Shown: positions 37,359-46,136 of the stretch, one piece after another | Layout: each line of letters begins with the position of its first letter | Numbering within the stretch: position 1 is the first letter of the stretch | Assembly (NCBI GenBank): GCA_963771465.1 | Contig: CAVYTU010000013.1 | Location: 64,001-128,000 of the forward strand | Length of the DNA: 64,000 bases | Source: an uncultured delta proteobacterium | GTDB lineage: Bacteria > Desulfobacterota > Binatia > UBA9968 | Direction: 5' to 3' | Position numbers and translations under genes: made by a program | The notes under the pieces: model-generated | Databases searched by the model: none | Told to the model about the DNA's origin: nothing | The model's input: the letters and a program-made list of their open reading frames with translations, nothing else

Positions 37359-39286
37359 GCACCCTCAGCCGGTGCCGGCAAGAGCGCGCATGCAGCATGA
37401 CCCGGAATTCGCCATCCCTCGTCCGTCTCCAACGGCGGAGTGCCGGTCCCGCCATAACTCGGGTGCTCGCTCGACCACAGCGTCTCCCATCGCCTTCCCT
37501 CCGGCGGGGCAAGCAGCGGCTCGGGCGCCGGAGAGCGATGCAGGTCACGGCCCAAGTTTACGATCAGGATTCGGTCGTTTCCACTGGCGGTGAAAAAGCG
37601 CAGGACGAATGCTTCCGGACCAAGCACCGCGCCATCCACTGACCCGGCGTGATGATGGCGAAATACGTCGTCATCCCGGCGTAGCCGCAAAAGGTCCCGA
37701 TGTAGCGCGTATACCTGGCCATGGCTCTGCCGTTCGCTAAGATCGAGCTTGCAGAGTTCGAAGATTTTGCGATCGTGTGGATCGGGGAGCAGTTGCTGCA
37801 CCTCGGCGGTAGCTAGACTTCGGAACTGTCTGACAAACTCGGCCCGTCCCTTTCGCACTTTGACGGCGAGATCCTGTTTATGGTCCGCAAAAAATAGGAA
37901 CGGGCTTGAGGCGGCGAACTCCTGTCCCATGAAGAGCATAGGTGTTTCAGGTGCAAGCAATAGCAACGCCGTAATCGCCCGGTACCGTCCCGGACTGGTG
38001 AGCAGATGAATGCGCGTGCCGGCGGCGGAGTTGGCGATCTGATCGTGGTTCTGGATGTAATTGACGAAGGCGGTGTGCGGAAGCCCGAACGTTGGGGTGC
38101 CACGCCGTTGGTTTTGCCATTGGTACCGCTGTCCCTGATAAAGGTAGCCCCACTTCACCGCGGAGACGAATTCTTGGGGCGTACCCAAGTAGTCGGTGTA
38201 ATAAGCCTCGTTTCGCCCGGTTAGCGCTACACCGGCAGTATGATGGAAGTCGTCGTTCCAGAGCGCATCCATACCATAGCCGTCCTTGTCGACTGAACGG
38301 ACGAGTTTGACGTCCTGAAGCTCATTTTCCGCGATGACGACGGTATCGCGTCCGCGCGCTGCCTCGCGCACGCGCCCGGTGATCTCCTTCAGAACATGCA
38401 CTGGGGAGGCGTCGAAGATCTGCTGGGTTGCATCCAGGCGAAGGCCATCGATGTGGAACTCATCGACCCAGTAGCCGGCGTTCGCGATGAAGAACTCCCG
38501 CACCGGTGCGCAATGCTCGCCGTCGAAATTGATCGGCTCACCCCATTCGTTTTCGTAGCGGTGGGTGAAGTAATATCCTGAAAATTCCTTTAGGTAAGCC
38601 GCGTCGGGACCTACGTGGTTATAGACAACGTCCAGAATCACTCCAAGTCCGGCCGCGTGTGCCCGGTCGACGAAGCGACGAAAATCATCCGGGGTGCCAT
38701 AGAGGCGGGTGGGCGCAAAGAGGTCCACGCCATCGTATCCCCAACCGAATTGGCCGGAAAAATCTGCCACGGGCATTATCTCCAGCAGGGTGATTCCGGC
38801 GGCGGCGAGTTCGCCCAGCTCTCGGGCGGCGGCATCCCAGCTCCCCTCGCGGGTAAACGTCCCGATATGCATTTCATAAATGACTTGCCCTTCAAGGCCG
38901 ACTCCGCGCCACGCATCGTCAGTCCAGCGAAATGCCTCCGCATCCACAACCTGCGAGGGACCGTGCGGACCCTCGGGTTGGAAGCGCGAGGCCGGGTCAG
39001 GGTACGCCTTGGCACCGTCGAGTCGGTATCGATAAAGCGTGCCTGCCGTCGCATCCGGTACAAGCCCAGAATAGTAGCCCGTACTCTCTTGTTCCAGTTC
39101 GTGAATCAGCGAATCTTTGCCAAGGCTGGCAGTTGCCATTCCGCCATCGAGCACGACCTCCACCCGCTTCCGGTGCGGCGCCCAGACGCGGAAGTGAACT
39201 CCCCCCGCACGGATGAGTTCAGCGCCAACGGGTAACCGCCGAGTTATTTGGCTGGATCTAGTTTCAGCGGCTTTTAGTATGGTCAT
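37355..39286 (-). CDS. treZ: Malto-oligosyltrehalose trehalohydrolase
   Basis: FRVWAP, PDPASRFQPEGPHGPS, YEMHIGTFT, WGYDGV, DVVYNH, GLRLDA, WNDDFHH, QNHDQ, LFMGQE. Confidence 0.92.
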   Translation of the reverse strand: MTILKAAETRSSQITRRLPVGAELIRAGGVHFRVWAPHRKRVEVVLDGGMATASLGKDSLIHELEQESTGYYSGLVPDATAGTLYRYRLDGAKAYPDPASRFQPEGPHGPSQVVDAEAFRWTDDAWRGVGLEGQVIYEMHIGTFTREGSWDAAARELGELAAAGITLLEIMPVADFSGQFGWGYDGVDLFAPTRLYGTPDDFRRFVDRAHAAGLGVILDVVYNHVGPDAAYLKEFSGYYFTHRYENEWGEPINFDGEHCAPVREFFIANAGYWVDEFHIDGLRLDATQQIFDASPVHVLKEITGRVREAARGRDTVVIAENELQDVKLVRSVDKDGYGMDALWNDDFHHTAGVALTGRNEAYYTDYLGTPQEFVSAVKWGYLYQGQRYQWQNQRRGTPTFGLPHTAFVNYIQNHDQIANSAAGTRIHLLTSPGRYRAITALLLLAPETPMLFMGQEFAASSPFLFFADHKQDLAVKVRKGRAEFVRQFRSLATAEVQQLLPDPHDRKIFELCKLDLSERQSHGQVYALHRDLLRLRRDDDVFRHHHAGSVDGAVLGPEAFVLRFFTASGNDRILIVNLGRDLHRSPAPEPLLAPPEGRRWETLWSSEHPSYGGTGTPPLETDEGWRIPGHAACALLPAPAEGA

Positions 39287-39432
39287 CAGATGTTCCTTTG
39301 ATGTGCTCGCGGAGAAAATGAAATTGCCGGCGCGTACGCTGATGCTTGCGACTTGTGCGCCCTTGCTCTGGTTTTCGGTGGCCAACCGTTTCGCAGAAAC
39401 AGGAAAAAACCGGAAACTGAAAAACAGCAGGT

Positions 39433-39552
39433 GGCGGCTTCGGCGTCATACGGCATGTCGCCGACTATAACGATTTTATCGAGAGCGTTCTCGCCAAGCT
39501 TACTGAGCGCAGGTTCGAAAATATCCGGGTGCGGCTTGGATTGTTTGACGTC
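39433..39552 (-). pseudogene. Fragment of a HAD-family hydrolase
   Basis: DVKQSKPHPDIFEPAL...VGDMPYDAEAA (HAD motifs III and IV) with no motif I/II in frame. Confidence 0.7.
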
Positions 39553-40194
39553 GGGGACAAAGCGTCGGCTTCGATCCGTGCGATTTTTTATGAGCTCACC
39601 AACGCACCTTTCCGGCAGGTCGTGAGAAGATTGACCATTGAACATGCTAGTGAGAGCATGAGAGTTCGCTATCATGCGCACTCTGCATGGCCGCATTGAC
39701 ATTCTTCCGCGCTACCGACGGGTCCAACATTGGCGCAAAAAGAGCTGCAAAAGATTTCGCCCTCTTTGTCAAAACCCTTGCCCTCTTGGATGATGCAATC
39801 ACAATCATCGTGTGCGCAATTCAGTTCTGCCATTGGCTATAACCTTCCTTTCAGGTGAATTGATGTAAAAGAGAGTAGCAACCCGAGTGCCAGTGGGCGA
39901 CAAAGAAAAACACTAATGACTAGTCGCGAATTTGAAGTTCACGCAGGATTTTCGCTATCACACAAGCGGAATTAAAAGTCCCGATTAGGAGTGATTTTTC
40001 CGACAGCAACATGCCGCTATTCAGCGGCCTCGCGCCCGTTCTAAAAGGCCGACCATTGCGAACGTTGGGCAAACCCATTTCGCGGAAGTAGGATCGCCAC
40101 GGCATCGGTCCAATACTGGACCCTCGCGTTTAGCCCGGCGTATACTCCGCTGGTACTATGGAAATTCGATTTGATGCGACAAGGAGGGAATCAC

Positions 40195-40866
40195 ATGCCT
40201 CAAGTATCTGCGGAATTGCGTTGGTTTTTGAATGCGACGAATGTGAACGATGTGGACGCGTTCGATCGGTGGTTCAAATCAGGAACCTTGTTGCCAGGGG
40301 GCGGCAAGAAGCCGCGCGAGGACGTGTATGCAGTCGATCCCTCCACCGACGAGCTTGGAGTGAAGAAACGCGAGGGCAAGTCGGGACTCGAGGTGAAAGC
40401 GTTGGTCGAACCAGGATTTTTTTCCGTTGAGTTCGGAACCCGAAACGCGACGGTTCAACTCTGGTCCAAGGTGACATCGAATATTCTGACGCTACCGGTT
40501 GGTGTGACAGCCAGGCGTACGACGCTGAAGACACGATGGCTCCGGATGTTCGACACCGCAACATCTGTTGCGACGGAGGTCAAACTTGGGGCGGGCTCGT
40601 TCGGAGAAGATCCCGCACAGGAGTCTCCGCCCAATTTCGGATGCAATGTGGAATGGACCTTCGTAGAGGTACCTGGCTTGGTCGCGAAGTGGTGGACATT
40701 TGGCCTAGAGGCTTCCGCATTTGAGCAAACTACTCCGGTTCACTCCCGTTTGGAGAATGGGATCCGAAGAACCCTGGCCGCAATGACGACTAATTTAGGG
40801 AACGCACCAATCCTGGGCGAAGCATGGTGTGAGCAGAGTTATCCGCAGTGGATTAGATCGTTATAG
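40195..40866 (+). CDS. Hypothetical protein, possibly CYTH-like fold
   Basis: AGGAGG RBS; SAELRWF, REDVY, LGVKKREG, LEVK, KTRWLR, CNVEWT, TFGLEA, SYPQW pattern. Confidence 0.7.
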   Translation: MPQVSAELRWFLNATNVNDVDAFDRWFKSGTLLPGGGKKPREDVYAVDPSTDELGVKKREGKSGLEVKALVEPGFFSVEFGTRNATVQLWSKVTSNILTLPVGVTARRTTLKTRWLRMFDTATSVATEVKLGAGSFGEDPAQESPPNFGCNVEWTFVEVPGLVAKWWTFGLEASAFEQTTPVHSRLENGIRRTLAAMTTNLGNAPILGEAWCEQSYPQWIRSL

Positions 40867-41235
40867 ATTCGCACCTCCGTGGTTCAAATCCCGTTAAGAG
40901 CATGGCGGCGCAGCTAAACGATGACTCGAAGGTCAGGTTTTCCCTGTCTGAACCCATTCGATCACCTTGACACGAATTTATCTGCGCGACTTTCAGCCGT
41001 ACTTATCGCCGAGACTAAAGCTGTTGTCGTGGTGGCCCTTTAATTTGCCGCGGCACGTTGCAGTAGTCGGTCGAACTGACGCGTCGACCAATTAAATAGC
41101 CAGCCGTAGAGTTAAGATTCGCAGAGGAGGATTATTTGTTAAATATTTTTAAAATATTCGATTCTTCAGAACTGTCGGTGTAACATAGTTTTAAGCCAGT
41201 ATAGTGCTTAGGCCGTGAAACGCAGGGAGGAATCT

Positions 41236-42255
41236 ATGCGTGACGGAAAGATCCAAGTCGGACTCATGGGGTTAGGCCAGATCGGCCGACACCTTTATCA
41301 GCTTGCGGCAGAAAGCGACGATATCGAGATCGTCGCGGTTGCCGACATCGGCAAGCCGGAAATTCTCCACTATCTCCTCAAGAGCGACAGTGCCGACGCA
41401 CCACAATGCGAACTCCAGGACAATTATCTGGTCAATGACAAGTTTCGCACCAGGATGTTGCAGATTGCCAAACCCGGGGACGTTCCGTGGGACGTTTTCG
41501 GGGTCGATTGCGTGATCGATGCCACCGGCCGATATCGCCGCCGTGAATATCTGGAAACCCACCTGCAAACCGGCGCAGGCCGGGTGATTCTCGCATCGCT
41601 TCCAGCAGAGCCCATCGATCGTGTGCTGGTTCCCGGCATCAACGAAGCCAGCGCGGTCCGTGGCGACAGATTGATTTCGGCAGGTTCGGCAACCACCAAC
41701 GCGCTTGCGCTGATTTTGTATTTTCTCGACGCGGCGCTGGGAGTCGACTACGCGTCGCTGACCACAGTCCATGCCTACAGCAGCGATCAATCTTTGCAAG
41801 ATTATGCCCACGAGGATTTTCGTCGGAGCCGGTCCGCCGCCCAGAACATTATCCCCAACAGTAATGAGTCGGCGCATTGGGTCGAATTGATATTGCCAAA
41901 ATTCGCCGGAAAGTTGAGCGGCTACGCCCTCAACGTGCCGGTGCAACGAGGATCGTTGTTGGATCTGACCTGCGTGATGCACGACAGCGGCGTGACCGTC
42001 GCGCAGGTGAACGACGCTATGCGCGCCGCGGCTAACGCTCATCCGGTGCTCATCGGTATCACCGATGATCCCATCGTTTCTTCCGATGTCATTGGCTGTC
42101 GGCAATCGTTGCTGTTTGATGCGCAAGCGACCCTCAAAGCAGGAAAAAACATCGTCAAGGTCTTGGCCTGGTACGAGAGTTTGGGTCATGCGTGCCGCGT
42201 GCTCGACGTGGTTCGGCGCTACGGTCAGCTCGATGGCGATGGAGGTGTCCAATGA
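41236..42255 (+). CDS. GAPDH-family protein lacking the catalytic cysteine
   Basis: GLMGLGQIGR, VIDATG, TTVHAY, NIIP, PIVSSDVIG; the active site reads SAGSATTNALA instead of SNASCTTNCLA. Confidence 0.9.
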   Translation: MRDGKIQVGLMGLGQIGRHLYQLAAESDDIEIVAVADIGKPEILHYLLKSDSADAPQCELQDNYLVNDKFRTRMLQIAKPGDVPWDVFGVDCVIDATGRYRRREYLETHLQTGAGRVILASLPAEPIDRVLVPGINEASAVRGDRLISAGSATTNALALILYFLDAALGVDYASLTTVHAYSSDQSLQDYAHEDFRRSRSAAQNIIPNSNESAHWVELILPKFAGKLSGYALNVPVQRGSLLDLTCVMHDSGVTVAQVNDAMRAAANAHPVLIGITDDPIVSSDVIGCRQSLLFDAQATLKAGKNIVKVLAWYESLGHACRVLDVVRRYGQLDGDGGVQ

Positions 42256-43253
42256 GAGTTGCCATTAACGGATTTGGCCGCATCGGCCGCACGGTATTTC
42301 GTATTCTCGACAAGCGTGGAGACGTCGAGGTGGTCGCGATTAACGATCTCTTTGACAATGAAGCGCTGCGCTACTTACTCCATTACGATACCGTCATGGG
42401 TCCGTTCGACGGCACCCTGCGGCTCGAAGGCGATGATTTGGTCACCCCTAATGGCCGAACGCGGATGGTGTGTGAAAGGGATCCGCTAAAACTGCCGTGG
42501 AAAGATCTAGACATCGATGTGGTAATCGAGTCGACCGGGATTTTCACCGCCAAGGAGCAATTGACCCAGCACCTGCGCGCTGGCGCCAAGCGGGTTGTGC
42601 TCACGGTGCCAGCCAAAGACGCCATCGACTACACGGTCGTCCTCGGCGTCAACGATGACGGGCTCAATCCCGAACATCGGATCATTTCCAACGCCAGCTG
42701 CACCACCAACTGTCTAGCGCCATTGGCGAAGGTCTTGCACAACTCTTTTGGCATCGTCGAGGGCGTCATCAACACGGTGCACGCCTACACCAACGACCAG
42801 CGTCTTGCCGACGTGCCGCACTCGGACTGGCGGCGTAGCCGCGCCGCGGCGGAAAATATCATTCCGACTTCGACCGGCGCCGCCAAAGCGGTCGGCATGG
42901 TATTGCCGCAATTGAAAGGCCGGCTGGACGGCATCGCCGCGCGCGTGCCGGTGCCCGACGGTTCGGTCGTCGACCTATTCGTCGAACTCGAGAAAAGCGT
43001 GACCGCTGACACTGTGCATGCCGAGATCCGCGCGGCCGCCGAATCCAAGCGCATGAAAGGCATTCTGCAATTCGTGGACGCCCCCGTGGTGTCCTCGGAT
43101 ATTATAGGAAACGCCCATTCCTCCATTTTCGACGCGGGATTTACCACGGTTACCGGTGGTAAGTATCTCAAGTGTCTCAGTTGGTACGACAACGAATGGG
43201 GTTACTCTAACCGCGTCTGCGATTTGCTGAGATTAATGGCAGGATGGCAATGA
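42252..43253 (+). CDS. gap: Type I glyceraldehyde-3-phosphate dehydrogenase
   Basis: INGFGRIGR, ESTG, SNASCTTNCLAP, TVHAYT, WYDNEWGYSNR; ATGA overlap with the upstream paralogue. Confidence 0.96.
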   Translation: MRVAINGFGRIGRTVFRILDKRGDVEVVAINDLFDNEALRYLLHYDTVMGPFDGTLRLEGDDLVTPNGRTRMVCERDPLKLPWKDLDIDVVIESTGIFTAKEQLTQHLRAGAKRVVLTVPAKDAIDYTVVLGVNDDGLNPEHRIISNASCTTNCLAPLAKVLHNSFGIVEGVINTVHAYTNDQRLADVPHSDWRRSRAAAENIIPTSTGAAKAVGMVLPQLKGRLDGIAARVPVPDGSVVDLFVELEKSVTADTVHAEIRAAAESKRMKGILQFVDAPVVSSDIIGNAHSSIFDAGFTTVTGGKYLKCLSWYDNEWGYSNRVCDLLRLMAGWQ

Positions 43254-43356
43254 CCCGCGATTGTTTGATTTCCATGTGTCGCTCCGGGGTTTTGCGGGTT
43301 AATTGTCATGCTAATCAAGTGTAGGAATCTCTTTCTCGCCTCAACCGTGAAACCTG

Positions 43357-45486
43357 CTACGGTTCGATCAATTCAAAATCGATCTCGCTGCGAAACGCAT
43401 TGATGCGCGCGACTTTTACGCGCACGTTGTCGCCGAGACGAAATTTCTTGCCGTGGCGGCGGCCTTTGATGACGTATTCTTTTTCGTAGTAGTCATAATC
43501 GTCGTCGGTGAGCGTGGCGAGTTTTACCAAGCCTTCGATAAAAAAATCATCGAGCTCGACGAAGAAGCCGAAGTTGGCGAGGCTGTTGATAAAGCCGGGG
43601 AATTCATCGCCGATCTTGTTCATCATGAATTGGGCTTTTTTGAGCGCGACCATCTCGCGCTCGGCATCCATGGCGTGGCGTTCTCGTTCTGAAGTGTGCT
43701 TGCCGGATTCTTGCAACCCGCGAAGGAGGTCTTCGCGCTCGTTGGGCTTGAGTTTTTCGCTGCGCAGTGCTCGGTCGAGCATGCGATGGACGATTAAATC
43801 CGGGTAGCGGCGGATCGGCGAGGTGAAGTGGGTATAGCAGGTCGACGCCAGACCAAAGTGGCCGATGTTTTCCGGCTGATAGACCGCTTGCTTCATCGAG
43901 CGCAGTAGCACGCGGTTGACCACCCGCTCTTCCGCTTGGCCGCGCGCCGACTCCAATAGTTTTTGTATTTCCAGCGGCGCGATGTTGTCTTTCTTTTGCG
44001 GCAGCCGGTAGCCGAGTGAAAGTAGGAACGGCGCCAGGGCTTCCAGCGCGTCTTGGTCCGGCCCTTCGTGAACCCGGTAGATCGTCGGCCATTTTTTTTC
44101 CGTCAGATGGCGCGCGACCGCTTCGTTGGCAGCGATCATGAATTCCTCAATGATTCGATGGGCGATATTGCGTTCGGCCCGGACGATATTTTCCGGCATG
44201 CCTTGGAGATCGAGAATTATTTCCGCTTCCGGCAGATCGAAGTCGAGATTGCCTCTGGCCTTGCGGTTGTTGAAAATCAACAATGCCAGCTCTTCCATCA
44301 GCCTGAATGCAGCGACGAGATTTCGATAGCGCTCCAGACACTCCTCGTCCTTGTCGACCAAGATGCGCCGCACGTTGGTGTAGGTCATGCGCTCGTGGCT
44401 GCGGATAACCGAATTGAAAAAGCGGCTGCCGACGACTTCACCTTTGGCGTTGAATTCGATGGCGGCCGATTTCGTGAGCCGGTCTTCGTTGGGATTCAAA
44501 CTGCAAATGCCATTGGACAGCGCCTCGGGCAGCATGGGGATCGCGCGGTCGGGGAAATAAACGCTGGTGGCGCGCGCGTAGGCTTCCTGATCGAGGGCGG
44601 TTTCGGGGCGGACGTAGTAGGCGACGTCGGCGATGGAAACAATCAGTTCATAGCCGCGCTCGGTTCTGCGCACGTACACCGCGTCGTCGAAGTCCCGCGC
44701 GTTCTCGCCGTCGATGGTGACGATGGGTAAATCGCGCAAATCTTCGCGTGCGGCGATTTCCGCGGCGCTGATTTCATAGGACGCCTGCGCCACCTCGCAA
44801 TGGACTTCGGCGGGAAAGCTGGTGGAAAGACCAAAACGAAATAGGATCGACTGTGCTTGCACGGCCGGGTCGTCGGGATCGCCCATGACATTGACCACCG
44901 TCGCCTGCGGCGGTGACATGGCGGTGCCGAAACGGTTGATCTCGGCGGCGATCACTTTGCCTTTTTCAAGTTTATCCGCGCCGCGCTGCAGCGGAATAGC
45001 CGCGATCCGCGCGTCCATCGGCACGAGATAGGCGTTGCCGTCGATTTCATCATAGGTTCCAAGCAGATGTTTTTGCGCGTGCTCGATGACTTGCAGCACA
45101 TGCGCTTCGCTGCCGCCGCGTTGTTTGCGGTCGATTCGCACCATCACTTGGTCGCCGTGCATGACGCGGCGCATTTCGCGGCGGTTCAAATAGACATCTT
45201 CAGTGTCTTTGTCTTCCGGAATTAGAAATCCAAAGCCGTCTGGATGTGCTTGGACCCGGCCGCGGATGAGATTTTGCCGGTCGGGCAGGGCATAATGATT
45301 TTTTTTCAACCGGACCAGCTGGCCGTCGCGGCAAAGTGCGCGCAGCGCGTCGATGACGGTTTGAAGCGCATCGCGGCCAAATCCGGCGCGGCGCTGAATT
45401 TCCGGCGGCGTCAATCGTTCGCGTGGTTTCTTGGCGAAGATCTCAAGAATTTTCCGCTGGGCATCGTTCAAAGTTTGTCGACTCAT
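43357..45486 (-). CDS. rnr: Ribonuclease R
   Basis: N-terminal HTH, HPDGFGF cold-shock domain, TIDGENARDFDDA, EEFMIAAN, YTHFTSPIRRYPDL, C-terminal S1 domain. Confidence 0.95.
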   Translation of the reverse strand: MSRQTLNDAQRKILEIFAKKPRERLTPPEIQRRAGFGRDALQTVIDALRALCRDGQLVRLKKNHYALPDRQNLIRGRVQAHPDGFGFLIPEDKDTEDVYLNRREMRRVMHGDQVMVRIDRKQRGGSEAHVLQVIEHAQKHLLGTYDEIDGNAYLVPMDARIAAIPLQRGADKLEKGKVIAAEINRFGTAMSPPQATVVNVMGDPDDPAVQAQSILFRFGLSTSFPAEVHCEVAQASYEISAAEIAAREDLRDLPIVTIDGENARDFDDAVYVRRTERGYELIVSIADVAYYVRPETALDQEAYARATSVYFPDRAIPMLPEALSNGICSLNPNEDRLTKSAAIEFNAKGEVVGSRFFNSVIRSHERMTYTNVRRILVDKDEECLERYRNLVAAFRLMEELALLIFNNRKARGNLDFDLPEAEIILDLQGMPENIVRAERNIAHRIIEEFMIAANEAVARHLTEKKWPTIYRVHEGPDQDALEALAPFLLSLGYRLPQKKDNIAPLEIQKLLESARGQAEERVVNRVLLRSMKQAVYQPENIGHFGLASTCYTHFTSPIRRYPDLIVHRMLDRALRSEKLKPNEREDLLRGLQESGKHTSERERHAMDAEREMVALKKAQFMMNKIGDEFPGFINSLANFGFFVELDDFFIEGLVKLATLTDDDYDYYEKEYVIKGRRHGKKFRLGDNVRVKVARINAFRSEIDFELIEP

Positions 45487-45624
45487 AGGCGTGACGTAAG
45501 CTTCTACCGGAATCGCCAAGTTTTCAATCGAGGGACACTGCGTTGTTCGGCGCAAGAGTTCTCGGCTGCCCCTCGAAATGGCAACGATCGGAAGACGCTA
45601 GCCTGGACCATTCGCGGGAAATTG

Positions 45625-45800
45625 CGATCGAGGTGCAACCCTTCCGGAACGAAGGTAAATCAGTTGTGCCTTGAAGATTCAATCGGGAAGAGTTGCTTAT
45701 GAGCGCAGTAACGAGAAGGTCAACCATCGTGCCAAGGGGCGAATGCAAGACAAAATATCGGCGCAGGTGCCTTCGTTTCTCCAGGGTCGCACCCCGATCG
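45625..45800 (-). ncRNA. Putative 6S-like structured RNA (~176 nt)
   Basis: 31-nt terminal arms pair, with the isolated mismatches forming G-U only on the minus strand. Internal CCUGCGCCGAUAUUU resembles E. coli 6S CCUGAGCCGAUAUUU. A promoter-like sequence lies directly upstream. Confidence 0.55.
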
Positions 45801-45804
45801 AATC

Positions 45805-45833
45805 AGTATCATTCGTTGCCTTCATAGTCGGAA
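45805..45833 (-). promoter_or_regulatory. Putative sigma70-type promoter for the structured RNA
   Basis: Minus strand TTCCGA-N17-GATACT, ending 4 nt before the 5' arm of the hairpin. Confidence 0.4.
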
Positions 45834-45842
45834 TAATCCGGC

Positions 45843-46127
45843 CTAGGTTTGCGCTCGCGACGATTCTTTGGCCAACTCGGCCATGAACCAATCGTCGGTC
45901 ATGTCGGCGGGCCGGGGAATTTCGGCGAATGGAATGTCTCGCTTGAGCGATTCGAGAATCCCACGCGCGGCGTCGAGAAAGTCGCGCATGGCGAGCAAAA
46001 CGATAATGGCTTTCTTGCGTTCGACGGTGCGAATGATGCCGACCTCTTCATAGGACTCGAAGATGAATTTGATGTAAGCGATGTGCTCCGGTGGAATTTC
46101 TAAGTAGATGTCCTGCAGGTCCATCAT
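45843..46127 (-). CDS. DUF4911-like small protein
   Basis: IAYIKFIFESYEEVGIIRT motif typical of this family. Confidence 0.75.
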   Translation of the reverse strand: MMDLQDIYLEIPPEHIAYIKFIFESYEEVGIIRTVERKKAIIVLLAMRDFLDAARGILESLKRDIPFAEIPRPADMTDDWFMAELAKESSRAQT

Positions 46128-46136
46128 GGTGATTCT

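Noticed and set aside
40879-40892. GTGGTTCAAATCCC resembles a tRNA T-arm or an att-site remnant
   Set aside because: No acceptor stem, D-arm, anticodon arm or CCA, and no integrase or second copy in the window; too short to support.
41272-42252. Long antisense ORFs (also 21140-22153, 14498-15406, 13364-14203, 49038-49883, 29184-30017)
   Set aside because: They mirror well-supported genes on the opposite strand, a usual effect of GC-rich codon bias, and show no family motifs.
45636-45660. CCGGAAGG (minus strand) suggested SRP RNA; tmRNA and RNase P were also considered for this spacer
   Set aside because: Lacks the SRP CAGG/AGCAG internal loop, the tmRNA tRNA-like ends and the RNase P GAGGAAAGUCC motif.
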